Source: Monocercomonoides exilis PA203
Lineage: Eukaryota; Protista; Preaxostyla
DNA length: 64,000 nt
Direction: 5' to 3'
Assembly (NCBI GenBank): GCA_001643675.2
Contig: LSRY02000051.1
Span: forward strand, 186,001-250,000
Position 1 is the first letter of the stretch; every line of letters starts with the position of its first letter. The position numbers were made by a program, and so were the translations under genes. A model generated the notes under the pieces. It saw nothing but the letters and a program-made list of their open reading frames with translations, ran no database searches and was not told the origin of the DNA. Of the stretch, positions 24,919-38,200 are shown piece by piece.

Positions 24919-25105
24919 GTATTTAAAAATTCATTTCCTCAACTTTCATTCCTCACTTCAAAATCTATATTTATATCATTAGCACTTCAATTGTGCACAT
25001 TTCAATTTGCAACAGAATCCCGAAAAAAAGATCAAAATGAAATTTTGATCAAGATCCATTAATTGTGCAGAATAATAATATTTGTTTTTTTAATTAAAAA
25101 GCTAC

Positions 25106-28100
25106 ATGACTGAATCCTCAATAAAACATTTTGAGGTTATTCAACCTTTAGGAGAAGGGAGCTATGGAGCTACATTTCTCGTGAGACGACTTCTTGATGA
25201 GAATATGTATTGCATTAAACGAATTCCAATTCTTAATTTGCCTCCGTTTGTTCAATAATTTATTTTCATGAATTCCTATCAACATTTTCTGATAAATTAT
25301 ATTATTTTGTATTTATCTATATCATACTCTTTCAACACATTTATTCAGTGCTGAACAAAAAAAAGCAATAGATGAAGCTCAATTCCTTGCTAAGATTCAA
25401 TCTGAATACGTTGTTGGATACTATGATGCATTTATTGAATTGCCGTCTTTATACATTGTAATGGAATATGCAGATAGAGGAACCTTGGCAGAATATATTG
25501 ATGTTTGTTAATCGATTTTATTTCAAATGTGCAATTAATACATATATTCAAACAAACAGAGAGTGAGAAGCAAGCATGATTTTATTGATGAAGAGACAAT
25601 TTGGCGCTTTTTCTTTGAGCTGTGCCTGGGAATGTACCGTATGAAGTTATTAAAAGATATTTTTTGTTTCAAAAAAACAATTTTAAATATTTAGAGGTAC
25701 ATGAAAGAAAAATTGTCCATCGTGACCTTAAAACTGCAAATATATTTTTGTCTGGTGAAGATTATCAGTTTGGTTGATCTTTTCGAAAAAAAGTGTCATT
25801 TTTTTATCATTTCAACTTTGATTTAGAGTTAAAATTGGAGATTTTGGTGTGGCCAAACAACTTTCGACAATGACAAAAATGGCAGAGACTATGATTGGTA
25901 CACCATATTATTTATCACCAGAGCTCGTAAAAGGAGAATCATATGATCAGAAATCGGATGTGTGGTCGTTGGGGTGTATCATGTATGAGCTTGTGTCACT
26001 GGAAAAGCCTTTTGATGCGATGCATCAACTTGCACTTATAAAGAAAATCCTTGAAGAATCGCCCAAAAGGCTTCCTGTTTCCGGAGAAGAAGGCACAGGC
26101 GTTCAATTCAAACACAATCATCGATACTCTGCGCTTTTGTGCAACACAGTCCACGAAATGCTCACAAAGGATCCTGAACAGCGTCCGTCAATTGCAGAGA
26201 TATTCAACAGAGAAGAGATAAAAGAGAAAGGGAAAGAACTCGGATTTATTGTGCCACCACAGAGGAAAAAGAAAGGGAAAGCGAAGAAAGGGAAGAAGAA
26301 AGAGGGAAGTGTGAAGAGCCACAACAAAGGCAAAGGAGGCGAAGGAGGGGAAGACGGAGCAGACGAAAAGAGCAATGAGAACAGCACTCAAATTGCAGCA
26401 AATGCAGACAGCACTTTGACCTCAACGACGGCCACAGCATCGGCCAATGCGCTGTCTGCAACAGTCAAGACAGTTGCCTCGACATCTTCACTGACAGAGA
26501 CGACTGCCACAGAAGTTGATGCTGAAGGAGAGGATGTCTACGAAGACGACTTCGACGAAGGGATCCTCGAAGACGACGACGATGCAGCCAGCGGCAGTGC
26601 CAATGGTGCACCTGATTCTGGCTCCTCCTCTTCTTCGCATCCTTCTTCCTCTTCCTCTTCTTCTGCCTCAAAGCCAAGCTACCCAAAAGCAGCCTCTGTT
26701 ATTGTGAGGCCTCCTCTCCTCTCACACACCATCGGCGGCTCTCCAAAAGACAACTTTCCGAAGTCACTGGCAGACTACCCAGAGCATCTGCCTCCATCCA
26801 CACGGCCCATGTCTTCCACCACCCCGCAGCCACTCTCTCCTCTTCTCCACACGAGACATCCAGCACCAACACACCCGATGCTCAGTTCATATTCATCCAA
26901 CTCAAATGCATCCCCAACGTCTTCTCCTTCGACATACTCTGTCAATTCTGTGTCGTCTGTGGATGCCACGCCACCCACAAGCACAGAAACCACGCCTCGT
27001 TTGGCCACTCCTTCAGACGAGGCATCCTCAAAAGCAGAAGAAGACTACACAGAAGTGTGGAGGAGTGATGAAAGCTTCGGAACAAGCACACAAAAGGACT
27101 TGAATGAGGAGAATGAAGGGGCTGTCATGGATGCATCTGACTCATCCATCTCTGTGTCCTCTTCTCTCTCGATGTCTCAGACACAGCTGTCTCACCCAAC
27201 CACACGTCCTCCACCACGTATGCCTGCCTCACGACCATCTCATCCGCTCACTCCGTCTTCCTCTTCCAAAAAGCCCACACCCAAATGCAAGACAGCCAAC
27301 CGCCTCACTCGCCCCAACACGTCTTCTCTCTCCAGCACAGTCGACTCTTCACGCTCTTCGGCGCCTTCTCGCTCACCCACAGCGTCTCCACAGCTTGTCG
27401 ACGAAAACGATCCAATGCTTGCACTCACTGTGACACACCTCTTTTCAGACAAGCAGGCACAGAAAAAACCATCCACCCCTTCCACCACTTCTTCCACTTC
27501 CTCACTCAATCACTCATCAGGCTCATCTGTGCGGCCAAAGACAAATGCTTCTCGTGTTTCTTCCAGCTCTTCCATCATGAGACACAATTCTTCTTCTTCC
27601 ACGTCTTCTTCATCTTCTTCTGCTTTCCCTGGAAATTCATCAACAGGATCTCTTTCTTCATCCTCCACACCCAATTCCTCCTCCTCTACCTCATCATCTT
27701 CATCTTCTTCAACACATTCAAGCAAGCCAACAACTTCATCAAGCAAACCAGCCCCTCGTCGAATGAACCCATCTCGTGTTCGTGTGTCTACAGCTTCTTC
27801 TGCATCTCCCAGCGATCCCTCTCCCACAACCACACCAACAGGAGTGCCTGCTCCGTCTGCCTCAGCCCCTCCACTTCACACTTCCACCAGCACCTCATCG
27901 TCTGCATCTGCCTCTGTCCCCTCCTCTGCTCTGCACGAATCTCACACTTCACTCCACTATGAAGACGAGTGCTTTGGAGATACAACAAGGCTGATGACAC
28001 CAGAGACCAGCACTCACTCAGCCAAGCTGCACAGCTCATCTGCACGCGGCACAGGAAGGAAAGTGTTAACGACTGCAACACACCGATCGCTGGATGATGT

Positions 28101-28620
28101 AAGAAACAGCAGACATATCAAAGGTAGTGACAGCGAAAAGGAGCTGAAGACGCATTCGTCTGAAGATCATCTCAGAAGCAGTGCAGATTTTGAGGCATCC
28201 ACACCTTGCAATGAAGATCTTTCAATGCCTGCTGCATTCACTCCAGCTGAAGACAGCTCACATCACTCGCTTTCAGCTGAGCATCAGACAGGCACATCAA
28301 CACACCCAGGCACATCCAGCCTGCTACACAGGGCAAAGCTGACATCTCCCTCAGAAGCTGCGCGGAGGAGGTTTGGCTTTGGCGTCAAAGCATCCTCCAC
28401 ATCGCCTTCAATCAGCCGCTCTCTGGCTGCTTCGTCGGGCAACAGTGCCCCGTTGTCTTCCTCAACATCCTCTTCTACTTTTGCTGCAGCTTCTCCTTCA
28501 GACACCTCGCTTTCTTCGTCTTCACCAAAAAGGACGGCTTTTGCCTCGACCCATCCCAAACAACCTGCACGTCACTCCTCAACATCTCCTCACTCTCTTT
28601 CAACAAAAGTGGACAGATGA
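25106..28620 (+). CDS. NIMA-related (NEK) Ser/Thr kinase with long Ser-rich tail (5 exons)
   Basis: GEGSYG, YCIKRI, IVMEYADRG, HRDLKTANIFL, KIGDFG and GTPYYLSPE across four GT-AG introns between ~25247 and 25827. Confidence 0.9.
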
Positions 28621-29188
28621 AGATGATTGCCTTCTCGTTCTTCGTTCTGTTTTTAAGCTGATGATTGTTTGTTATTGTTATTATTGTTGTGTGATTGTGT
28701 TATGTTTATGGTAATTTCTCTCATTGCTTGTCTTAATTTGATTATTGTTTAAATATTTTCTGAATGCTGCGTGAAATGTTGCATTATTTATGTATTTCAC
28801 TTCCCTCTTTCATTCACTTCGCCTTTCTTATCTCCAATTGGCCATTTCACTTCAATTCATTTCCGCAAAAAAAAAGACAATACAAAAGATCAATTTAAAC
28901 TCTTATTAACAAAAAAAAAAAAAAAAAAATGTTGTTGTAATGGAAAACGACGAAGATCGTTTATTCCTATCGACAGATAATAACAGCAAATGACTCGTTT
29001 CAAACTGAACAGAAAAAGATGAATCAAAAAAAATTTGAAAATGAAAAAATATGAAAATGAAAAACTCTGAGCTCAAACAGCTTTAGTAAGTCATGAAAAT
29101 ACGATTGAAAATTAAACAGTTAGAGAAATTACACAAGAAAAGTATATTGAACAAATATATTACATTACATATAAAATTAGCATTATAG

Positions 29189-31390
29189 CTAAGGGAAAGA
29201 CGACTGGTATTGAGTGAGTGAAGGGTCCACCGTTGGCGGGCATGCAAACACCAAATTGTTTGTTGATGGAATGGCTGGAGGCGCCGAAGGTACAGGATCG
29301 TATGGAGTGATTGAAATATGCGGTGGAAGGCGAGGCAAAATCACTTGAGGGGAACGTGAAGGAGGCGACAGAGTGGGAGACGGAGCAGGTGTCGCATAAG
29401 GCGCGTCAAACAATGAAGTGTCACGCGCTGTCAGAAGCATTGCTGAGTCAGCACTGACATTTGTGGAGTAAGAATAGCTGGATGCGCTTTGTGGGGGTAG
29501 TGAATCGTTGTATGATCGAATGGGAAGTGAAGGATAACGCTGATTCAAAAGATCAGACTGGCTGCCATTTGACTGCGATGTGCTGCGCCTTGAACGCGAG
29601 CCACACGCCCCGCAGCACATGCAAAGAGCGACAACAGCAACAAAAATAACGGCTGCCACAACTGGAGTCACCCACTTCGGCTTTGGGTCTGAGTCTGGAT
29701 CAGCACCATTGCATTTCCCACCAATCCACGAATCGTCCTTGTCATCTTCGCCAATGCTGAATTTTGGTGTCTGACTGTTTGATTCGCATTTTGTAAACAA
29801 TCCTTTGCAGGCAAGCTCATTCTCCCAGGTGGAGTCGGCTGCCACGTCTTGCCCATGCTCTCCTGCAGTGTTTGTGTGGAAAGTGCAGTGCGAAAATTTC
29901 AAGCCAGCTCCACTCTTTGGCGTGCCAGATAGAAGCACTGCCCCACCTCTCCCAACATTTGCCGAACAGCTTGTGAAAGTGCATGACAATATAAGCACAC
30001 TCTCCACCAAAGAATCAAAGCAAATTCCTCCTCCACCCAGCGACTCAAAAGCGCCTGATGCCATTAAATGAAGAGTCACGAAAGAAGAAGAACTCGATGA
30101 CGAACTTCCTGAAGTACATCTATCAAAGGTGCAGTTGTCAATTGAATAAGATAAAGCAGCAGAATTTATGATGCATCCTCCGCCTCTTCCATTGGTAGCT
30201 GAGCACACAGTAAAAGTACTGCCGCTAAGCACAAATCGTTCCCCAAAGCATATCCCACCACCATTGTTACCTGCTGAGCAGTTCACAAATGAAGAATTTT
30301 CAACAGATAGAACAGAGCTTACAAAAGAAGATGCAACACAAATACCGCCACCACATCCATCAAACTCTGAATCGTCGTTACCGGTTGTCAAACTGTGGCC
30401 TTTCGTGCTGGACGACAATGAAGAAACAGAAGGTTTACAGACGCATCCCTCAAATTTGCAATCTATAACCTTCAATATCCCTCCAGCTCCTTCAACAGTT
30501 AAAGCACCACCACATCCGGCATTTGATATTCCTGAAAATGTGTCGTGTTTTAATGTTGCATTAACCTTTTCTGTTTTATGCTTTTTGTAGTTCCATTTGC
30601 AAAACAAATATGATGAATTTAGTGAGACAAAAGATTCGCTGAATAATCCATGAACCAATCCTCCATAAAATGCGTTTTCAATTCCTTCGAATGTATTGCT
30701 CTCAAAATTGCAGCTTTCTGTTTGATAATGAGATTTTTCTTGTTGAAAACTTAATTCTAATGCCCGATTTGAATAAGTTGAATTTCGGAAATGACAATTG
30801 TGCATTGATAAACGTTGTGAATTCTCATTTTCCAAAAAAGGATATCTACCAACGATAGCAAAAGCTGTCAAAGTGGAATCAATCATCGAAGTTGATCCTC
30901 CTTCTGGACCATTTAGAATCACAGTTTCAACGAACGGTGAACAATTTTGAAAGATGAATGAAATGTTTCTCATTTCTGTATAACCTCCATTTGAAATTAT
31001 AAGACCGTTCAGCACAGTATTTATAAGAACTGAACAATCGCTTAGCAGTAAAGAGCCATTTAAACTTACTTCTGCAACAACAGACCCTTCTTCAAAAGTA
31101 AAATTCACAGATTCCAATTTTAACGTTGAATTTTTAACAAGAAACAAGGGCCCATTCAATTTTGAATTATCCATTGAAACTGTAGTTTCTGAAATACCGC
31201 GAATATTCAGTTTAGAAGAGAATACAGGAATTGAAGCAGAAATGAAATGATCTGATTCAATCAGCAAACAAGCTGCATTTTGTACTTTTAGGACTTGCGC
31301 AACAGAATTATGAAGATTGTTGCAAGGAATGTTTTCTGCGCAAGCAAAGCACCATGTAGTCAATGCAGTTAGGAGGAAACATATCTCCAT
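29189..31390 (-). CDS. 733-aa type-I membrane protein with GG-motif beta-helix (Pmp-like) repeats and Pro-rich tail
   Basis: Signal peptide, repeated CSA..GGG(A/I) units, TM WVTPVVAAVIFVAVVALCMCC, Pro/Ser-rich cytoplasmic tail. Confidence 0.8.
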   Translation of the reverse strand: MEICFLLTALTTWCFACAENIPCNNLHNSVAQVLKVQNAACLLIESDHFISASIPVFSSKLNIRGISETTVSMDNSKLNGPLFLVKNSTLKLESVNFTFEEGSVVAEVSLNGSLLLSDCSVLINTVLNGLIISNGGYTEMRNISFIFQNCSPFVETVILNGPEGGSTSMIDSTLTAFAIVGRYPFLENENSQRLSMHNCHFRNSTYSNRALELSFQQEKSHYQTESCNFESNTFEGIENAFYGGLVHGLFSESFVSLNSSYLFCKWNYKKHKTEKVNATLKHDTFSGISNAGCGGALTVEGAGGILKVIDCKFEGCVCKPSVSSLSSSTKGHSLTTGNDDSEFDGCGGGICVASSFVSSVLSVENSSFVNCSAGNNGGGICFGERFVLSGSTFTVCSATNGRGGGCIINSAALSYSIDNCTFDRCTSGSSSSSSSSFVTLHLMASGAFESLGGGGICFDSLVESVLILSCTFTSCSANVGRGGAVLLSGTPKSGAGLKFSHCTFHTNTAGEHGQDVAADSTWENELACKGLFTKCESNSQTPKFSIGEDDKDDSWIGGKCNGADPDSDPKPKWVTPVVAAVIFVAVVALCMCCGACGSRSRRSTSQSNGSQSDLLNQRYPSLPIRSYNDSLPPQSASSYSYSTNVSADSAMLLTARDTSLFDAPYATPAPSPTLSPPSRSPQVILPRLPPHISITPYDPVPSAPPAIPSTNNLVFACPPTVDPSLTQYQSSFP

Positions 31391-31747
31391 AATTATAATT
31401 GATATTCAATAATGGTAATTTTTTTTTCGCCTTTTTCGTATTCACTCAATATTCATATCAATGATTAGTTAAAATTACATATATATGTTTTATATGCATT
31501 TTTAACCCAACTTTATTGGAAAGAATTTTCTTTTCATTCACAATTGTTTTTTATTTTTTATGAATGACTTCTTTATCATTTATGGCTTGAAAACTCCATT
31601 TTCTATGCAAAGAGTAACTTGAAGGGATAGTGTGATGTGAACGCAAAATAACGTGTTATAAATTAAAAAAACGAGTGAGTTGAAGATATATCTGCAAGCA
31701 TAACTAAAATATGCATCTAGTCACAATCTAAACAAAATTAACATATT

Positions 31748-34700
31748 CTACTTGCTCGTCGCTTCTCTATGGATGGACTGCAAAAATTCGAAGTATGTTG
31801 GCTTTTTGAATGAATGGTCGTCTGTCATAGCGGCAATGAACTGCTGGTACTTCCTGTTGTTCTGTACTCTTTCAGTCTCTGTCATCTCTCCTGTCTGCTG
31901 GGTGGAGTCAGCTGTTGGTGCAACAGACAATATCTGGTGCACAATTGAAGGATACCTGTGGCACTGCGAGTCTCTCTGCACCATCGCAAAGAACTGCCTC
32001 AGGAGAGCCCTCTGCGGCGTGTCGCTCTCTGCGTTTGCTGCCAGCAAGAAGGATGTTGCTGGGGCAGTAGAAGTTGGAGAAGAGAGGGCAGGCTGCTGAG
32101 GGAAGAGCGACTTCACAGCCTGCACCAGCTCTGGATCAGCATTGCTCCCCATAACAATCGTCTGTCTAATGCCATCGTCCAGTAGTGCGATGTCCGTTGT
32201 GTTGAAGTACTCAAACGAGAGGGCAGACACCTCTGGCGCCTGCAGCACCTCTGAGAAGTCGGCAGAGCGTGTTCGAGCGGCTGTCTCGCACATTCCCGTG
32301 AGGAGGAACAGACGCGGATACAAGTTCAGCATCAGCAGACGAGGCGACGCTGCCACAAAGAACGAGGCGCAGGCAATGCGCTCGTCCAACGTGGTGCCTG
32401 AGTTCAGCCCGCGGAGCAGAGGGCTCTTGAACAGCGATAGGAGATATGACGGCAGCTCCATCAATGCTGTTGGGAGGAGCAGCTTTGTTGGGAAGTTCTG
32501 GTGGTCGGGAGTGGACAGGCGGTACGCACGGAACATGTGGGCAGCCTCTTCAAAGAGCTTCTGTTGGACTGCCTGCGCATTCATCTTGCGCGACAGCTGG
32601 GCGCCTTTGCGGGCATAGTAGCCAGTCACAGCATCCAAATCAGCTGCCTCAAACACAGAAACAACTGACTTCGCATTCGCCATGCGCAGAGTGTGCACAC
32701 GGATACGCTTCTGGTTTGCGGCGGTGGTGAACAAAGTAGCAATCTGAATATATGAATAGGGAAGCTTCGGAGAAATGCTTTCTTCATAGCCCAGTTCAAA
32801 GCACAGCGCAGAGTCCTCGTCCATCGCTGGTATCTGCAGCACATCTGTCTTCGGTGGGATGTGAGTAGCTCCAACAACTCCCTTCACATACAGCCCTTGG
32901 CTTGTCCTCACCCTAACTGAGCAGTCAAACACAGTCAGCCGCTGCAGTACCCTCAGCACATCAATCTGCAGCTCCTTCGCATCGCCCATGGCAGATGGGA
33001 TGTACCCGTCGTAGCGGTACAGATGTCCCCCCGTTGTTTGTGTGAGCCACTCGTAGTTCTCTGCATTGCAGTTCCTATCACCGCAGATGAAGCAGTCAAC
33101 AGACACACACTTCTTCGCACACTCTGCAGCAGCATCGATGAAGAAGGGTGCAACTGGTGGCAATGTAATGTCACTTTCTGGACCTGCCTCGCGTGTCTGC
33201 CCAGAGCCGCGGCCGACCAGCGAGGAGAGGAAAGAGGTGCCTGCCTGTGTGTAAGAGGGAGAAGCAGTGGAAGAAGAGTAGGATTGGCCGGCGCCTGAAC
33301 CGGAACCTGGGCCGATGGAAGGTGCAGATGACGTGAAGAAGAGCAGCTTGCCCTGCGACTGTGCCAGCGCATCGATGCACGCGCGGATGGCCACTCCAAC
33401 GCAGCACCCGTCGCCCAAAGACAACTCAGAAAGGAGGGAAGCATAAGCATTTGCCGACGAATCATCGTCGTCGAGGCCCAGCTCGTCGGCGGCAGAGGGC
33501 GTGGCAGAGGAGGAGAAGGACGATGCCATCGAGAACATCGACGGAATCGCAGTTAGGATCGAAATAAGAGCAGAACGTGCCTTTTTCATCGGAGGCTGAG
33601 AATTGGCTGAGAGAGGAGCGACTGGAAACTGGTTGTCCAAACATGCAGTGAATGTGAAGTCCTTTCCGTTCGGTGCAATTTCAAAGAAGTGCACTGTGCT
33701 CCCAAACGTCGCAATCACAACAGGCATCTCGGTTGCCCCGTGCGAAAACAGACCTTTCAACAGAGAATTATCTGCCTGGGCATCTGCTGCTACTGACGAG
33801 GAAGATGATGCAGATGAAGAGGAAGGCGAAGCAGACGATTCGGCGTTCTCGTCAGCTGACTCGGAACAGATAGCATCGATAGCGTATGCAAGTGCAGAGC
33901 AGACTGAGCGAGTGTACCCAGATGCCAGTGCTTGTGCGCTAACGTCAATAGCAAACACAAAGGATGGTTGACTGTTCGGATGTTGCACATATGCCTTCGG
34001 AGCAGTATAATCAACAGAGCAGTATTTATATTCAATGTTCGATGAAATGTCTCCCCGTATTCCAGCAGTGTTTGGCAGTGTATGACCTCCATCAGTTACT
34101 GATAAAAGATAAATGATAAAAAATCATCTTTTAGAAAATGTCATTTCAAATTAATGAATCACACATTCAGTCGAAACACCACAGAATGGACATGTAAATT
34201 GAAACCCATCTATTTTGTGAAATGGACTTAAGTATGACATGCATCGACGACACCTTGTTGGTTTTTCTGTGGTATTTGATATTAGAGGAACTTGCTCCTA
34301 TTGAAAAAACAATTTGGAATAAATTTATTTTAAAAAAATTACCCACAAAAACTTATCTCAATTAAACATACATCTCCTGCTTCGTTTGTAGCAAATGCTT
34401 GGGCAAGAACCACAAAAGGAAGTCCTATGTCTTTTAGAAGTGTTTCTGTTCTTGGTATTGAATAAGAAAAAGGACGGAGAAAGCGTGGAACACAATTTCC
34501 ATTGTCAACAACATCTTGAGGAATGGCAGATCTCAAAACTTCACGAAATTCCGCATTAAACATTAATGGCGGAATATTTCGTTTGGTTAATGTTTTGACA
34601 GGTGTTATGTTAAATTGGCGAGTTTTTCTGGGAGCTTCACTTGTGCTTTCATTAGGCAATTGCTGTTGGGAATATTGTGGAAGTGGTTGAGAAGGTTGGT

Positions 34701-34770
34701 GCTGGACAGTCGGTGGTGCAACAGGAGTGTCCTCAACAGTACTCCAAAAGTCTTGATACGGTCCGTGCAT
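31748..34770 (-). CDS. SEC24: COPII coat protein Sec24 (3 exons)
   Basis: GLPFVVLAQAFA, Zn finger RCRRCMSY...CPFCG in a small exon at ~34165-34298, SVDY.AP..Y, FVFAIDVS, VRVRTSQGL, QIATLFT...RIRVHT, LYPRL. Confidence 0.93.
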
Positions 34771-35234
34771 TTCTGCATATCATAAATAATGCATTTAGGT
34801 AATATTAATTGTTCATTTTTGAAATATTCAAATAAGGTTTTAAAACAAGAGAGACAAACTTAGCTCCAATAAAAATATCTAGACAGCAAATGGGAATGTG
34901 ATCTTTTCATTCACAAAATGAAAAAAAAAAATTTAATAAAATAAAAAAAGGAAAAATGATATTGTTCAAAAATAACAACTTCTTCAGAAATGAAAAGTTG
35001 ATCGTTTACCACAATGCAAGGAAAAACTTTTCATAATTTGAAAAGGAGTGGTATTAATTGACATTTCGTATTTGCAACTTTCTTTTTCAATTTCATTTTT
35101 ATAAAGTGCACGGTTGTAATACGAAATTGATTAAATCTCAAATACGATTCTTTATAATTGATAAAAACAAAAAATATCCTCTTTCATAAAGAGGTTGAAG
35201 AAAAATAACTCACAAATATTAGTTTCTATATACA

Positions 35235-38200
35235 ATGATTGACTCACATGGGCCATGCGAAAGTGATAGCAAAAAAGCATTTATCGTTTCAAAATCTGAA
35301 GATTACAAAAATACTTATTCATTGAATCTTCATGCTTCAATTGAATCAAATTCGTTTCAAATATTACGGACAGATAAACAAAATCTTAGTATGGAGCCTC
35401 ATGTTGAGAGTTGCTGTTCTTCTTCTTCTTCTTTTCAGTCAATTATCAATCAGGAAAATTCACCTAATTCAGACTTTAATCCTTATTGCATAAAATCACA
35501 AACAGAGGAGGAAACTGAGAGAAACTTCTATAAGGGCAAGCGGTCATTGATATCAAAGAACGAAAATGATTCTTTAATTGATCCTAACATCCACAATAAT
35601 TTTTCACAATCTGAGAAGGATATTCATATCAAAGAATCAGCTTTTGAACATCTTCAAACTAAAGATGGAAAGGTTGACCACGACACTGCCTGTTATCCGT
35701 CATTTCAAACTTTTCCTGTGCATTATTTTCATTCTGTTGGCTGTGTTCGGCATACTCAAAAGGAAGAGCGAAAATCATTTTATTCAAATCCATGCCAGCA
35801 AACTACTTCTGTTTCTAAATCCAAACCGCTAGCAGAAAAGGCCTCTTTTTATTCGTTTGGTTATGGAAGAGATAATCATTCATTTATTGAGTCAAACAAA
35901 AAAATAGCAATCTTCACGTGGAATGTGAACAATATGAATCCTCCTGATCAGTCCATGCTTGTGTCAATGATTTGTGAAATGCTTTGTGACAATTCTTCTT
36001 CACCAACATCTTCTTCGCACTCGTTGTTTGAGCCAGATATTGCGGTATTTGGGCTGCAGGAAGTCGATCTCACTGCTCAAGGTGTGCTGCAGGGAACAAC
36101 AGACAAAATGAAGCAATGGCAAACAGCTTTGGAAAGAGCACTGAATCAGTCTGTTTCAGCTGCAGGAGATGGGTCACGCAGCAAATATGTGAATGTGTCT
36201 GTCCAGCAGATGGCAGGTCTCTTTCTCGGTGTGTATGCACAAGAGACAACCTCATTATATGTTAAAGAGGTAGAAACAGCTTCTGTTGGCACTGGATTGC
36301 TGAATGCACTTGGTAACAAAGGGGGAGTTGCTGTGCGGTTCAGATGCCACAAGTCGCTCTTCACGTTTGTCAACGGACATCTTGCAGCGAACAAGAACTC
36401 GGTGGAGACCAGAAACAAGGACTACAACGAAATCGTCAGGCAAATTAGATTCACAAAAGCCGTTCTGCATTCGTCCACTGATCTTTCCTGTTGCATCTGC
36501 AAAGGCTGTGACAATCTCTCTGCCACAAACGAATGCTCTGATCTGTTCCACACAAACGCCCTTTTCTTCTTCGGTGACTTGAACTACCGCTTATCGACTG
36601 ACATTTCCACTGCTTTTTCACTTTTGTCTGAGCTTCGTCTTCTGAATGAGAAAGATTCATCTTCAGCGTCTTCTCAAACAGATACAGAAAATTCTTCATT
36701 TTGTACAAACACTGAACAAGAGGCACAATCAAAGCACTCATCAGTAAATAAAACTCCTCAAGCATCATCTCCTTCTTATCCTTCTTCTTATCCTTCTCTT
36801 TCTCTCAGTCTGCATCCATCATTCACTCGTCTCCTCTCTTTTGACGAGCTGCGGCAGCAGATGGTCTCCCACCGCGCATTCACCCTCTTCACCGAAGGCC
36901 CCATCACATTCCTGCCAACATACAAGTACGCCAAGATGAGCAGAGCATATGACAGCGCCTGGCTGTTTGATGTTCCTGAAGAGAAGAAGACAGACGACGA
37001 GAAAGCAGGACGATTTGAAAGCGCTCAGCTTCAGGTCAAACAAGCAGTGAATTCATCGAATGAACTAAAAGTCGCTTCTTCTCCACCATATCTTCCTCCT
37101 CCACCACCACCTCCTCCTCCTCCTCCTCCCCCTCCCCCTCCATTACGTCGTTCTCCAGCGTCTTCTCCTTCTCCTGCTCTTTCTCTTTCTTCTTCAGCTA
37201 AGCAGATGTCTTCAAGCACAATTCATTCGAGTCCATCTCCACCTTCAACAGAAAAGTCATCAAACTCATCAACCTCTTCATCTCCTTCAGACAAATCTCT
37301 ATCTGCCTCATCTTCTCAGCCTCCCTCAGCCTCTTCTCCAAAAAAGATAGAACGCCATTCATCGCCCAAGCTCCCAGCAGCTGTTGCCCAGCAGATCGAA
37401 GAGCTGAAGAAGAAGGCGCGGACACCCAGCTGGTGCGACAGGATTTTGTGGCTTGTTGGCGTTCCGCTCGAATATCAGACGAGCATCCAGCAGAATCCTT
37501 CTCGCTTTCTTCGCCATTCTGTGTGCTGTGCGGACAGTTGTGCTGGGAAAGTGGCTGAGAGGAAAGGGAGAATGGAGGAAATGAATGAAACAAACGAAAA
37601 ACGCTTCTCAACTTCACTCAAGAATGGCTCGAGAATTCAATCGTGTGTATCAGAATTTGGTGCATCAGCATCATCTCATCCTCAACCAGTTCGGCCTTCT
37701 TCTATTTCAAATGTCTCTTCAAAGAGTATATCTGAAGATTACAAAAGCCACACCATTTCTTCTCCATCCTTCTCATCCTCTTCATCTCCCAGTGTCTGCC
37801 TTCTTCCTCCTCCTTCGCCTTCTTCTCTCAGCCGCCCGCTGGCTTCTGCAGCACTCTCAACGCCATTTCCTTATCTCACTCCAGTTTCGCTCATTCGCTA
37901 CGGCCGCATTGAAAGCTGTCTGTGTTCTGATCACAGAGCAGTCTATGGCTTGTTCCATGTTGCGTGCTATGAAAGTGAAGAAGAGCTTCAGCCGAGAAAA
38001 GAAGGTGGAGGAAAAAAGAAAGAGCTAACGTCAGCTGCACTCGGCAGGCCATGCATTGCTCTTTCGTGTGCAGATGTCGATGGAGGTGTGATGAAAGTTG
38101 GGGATGTTGTGAAGAAAGAGGTGATTGCCACTAATCCGCACGACACTTTGTCTGCTACGTTTCACATTGTTCACTTGCCAAAGATGCAAATTTCACCAAA

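Noticed and set aside
34773-34910. Possible upstream SEC24 exon (MKRSHSHLLSRYFYWS*) followed by an intron-like GTTTGT...TGCAG
   Set aside because: It ends in a stop and is out of frame with the SEC24 ATG. At most a uORF or UTR intron, which cannot be supported without transcripts.
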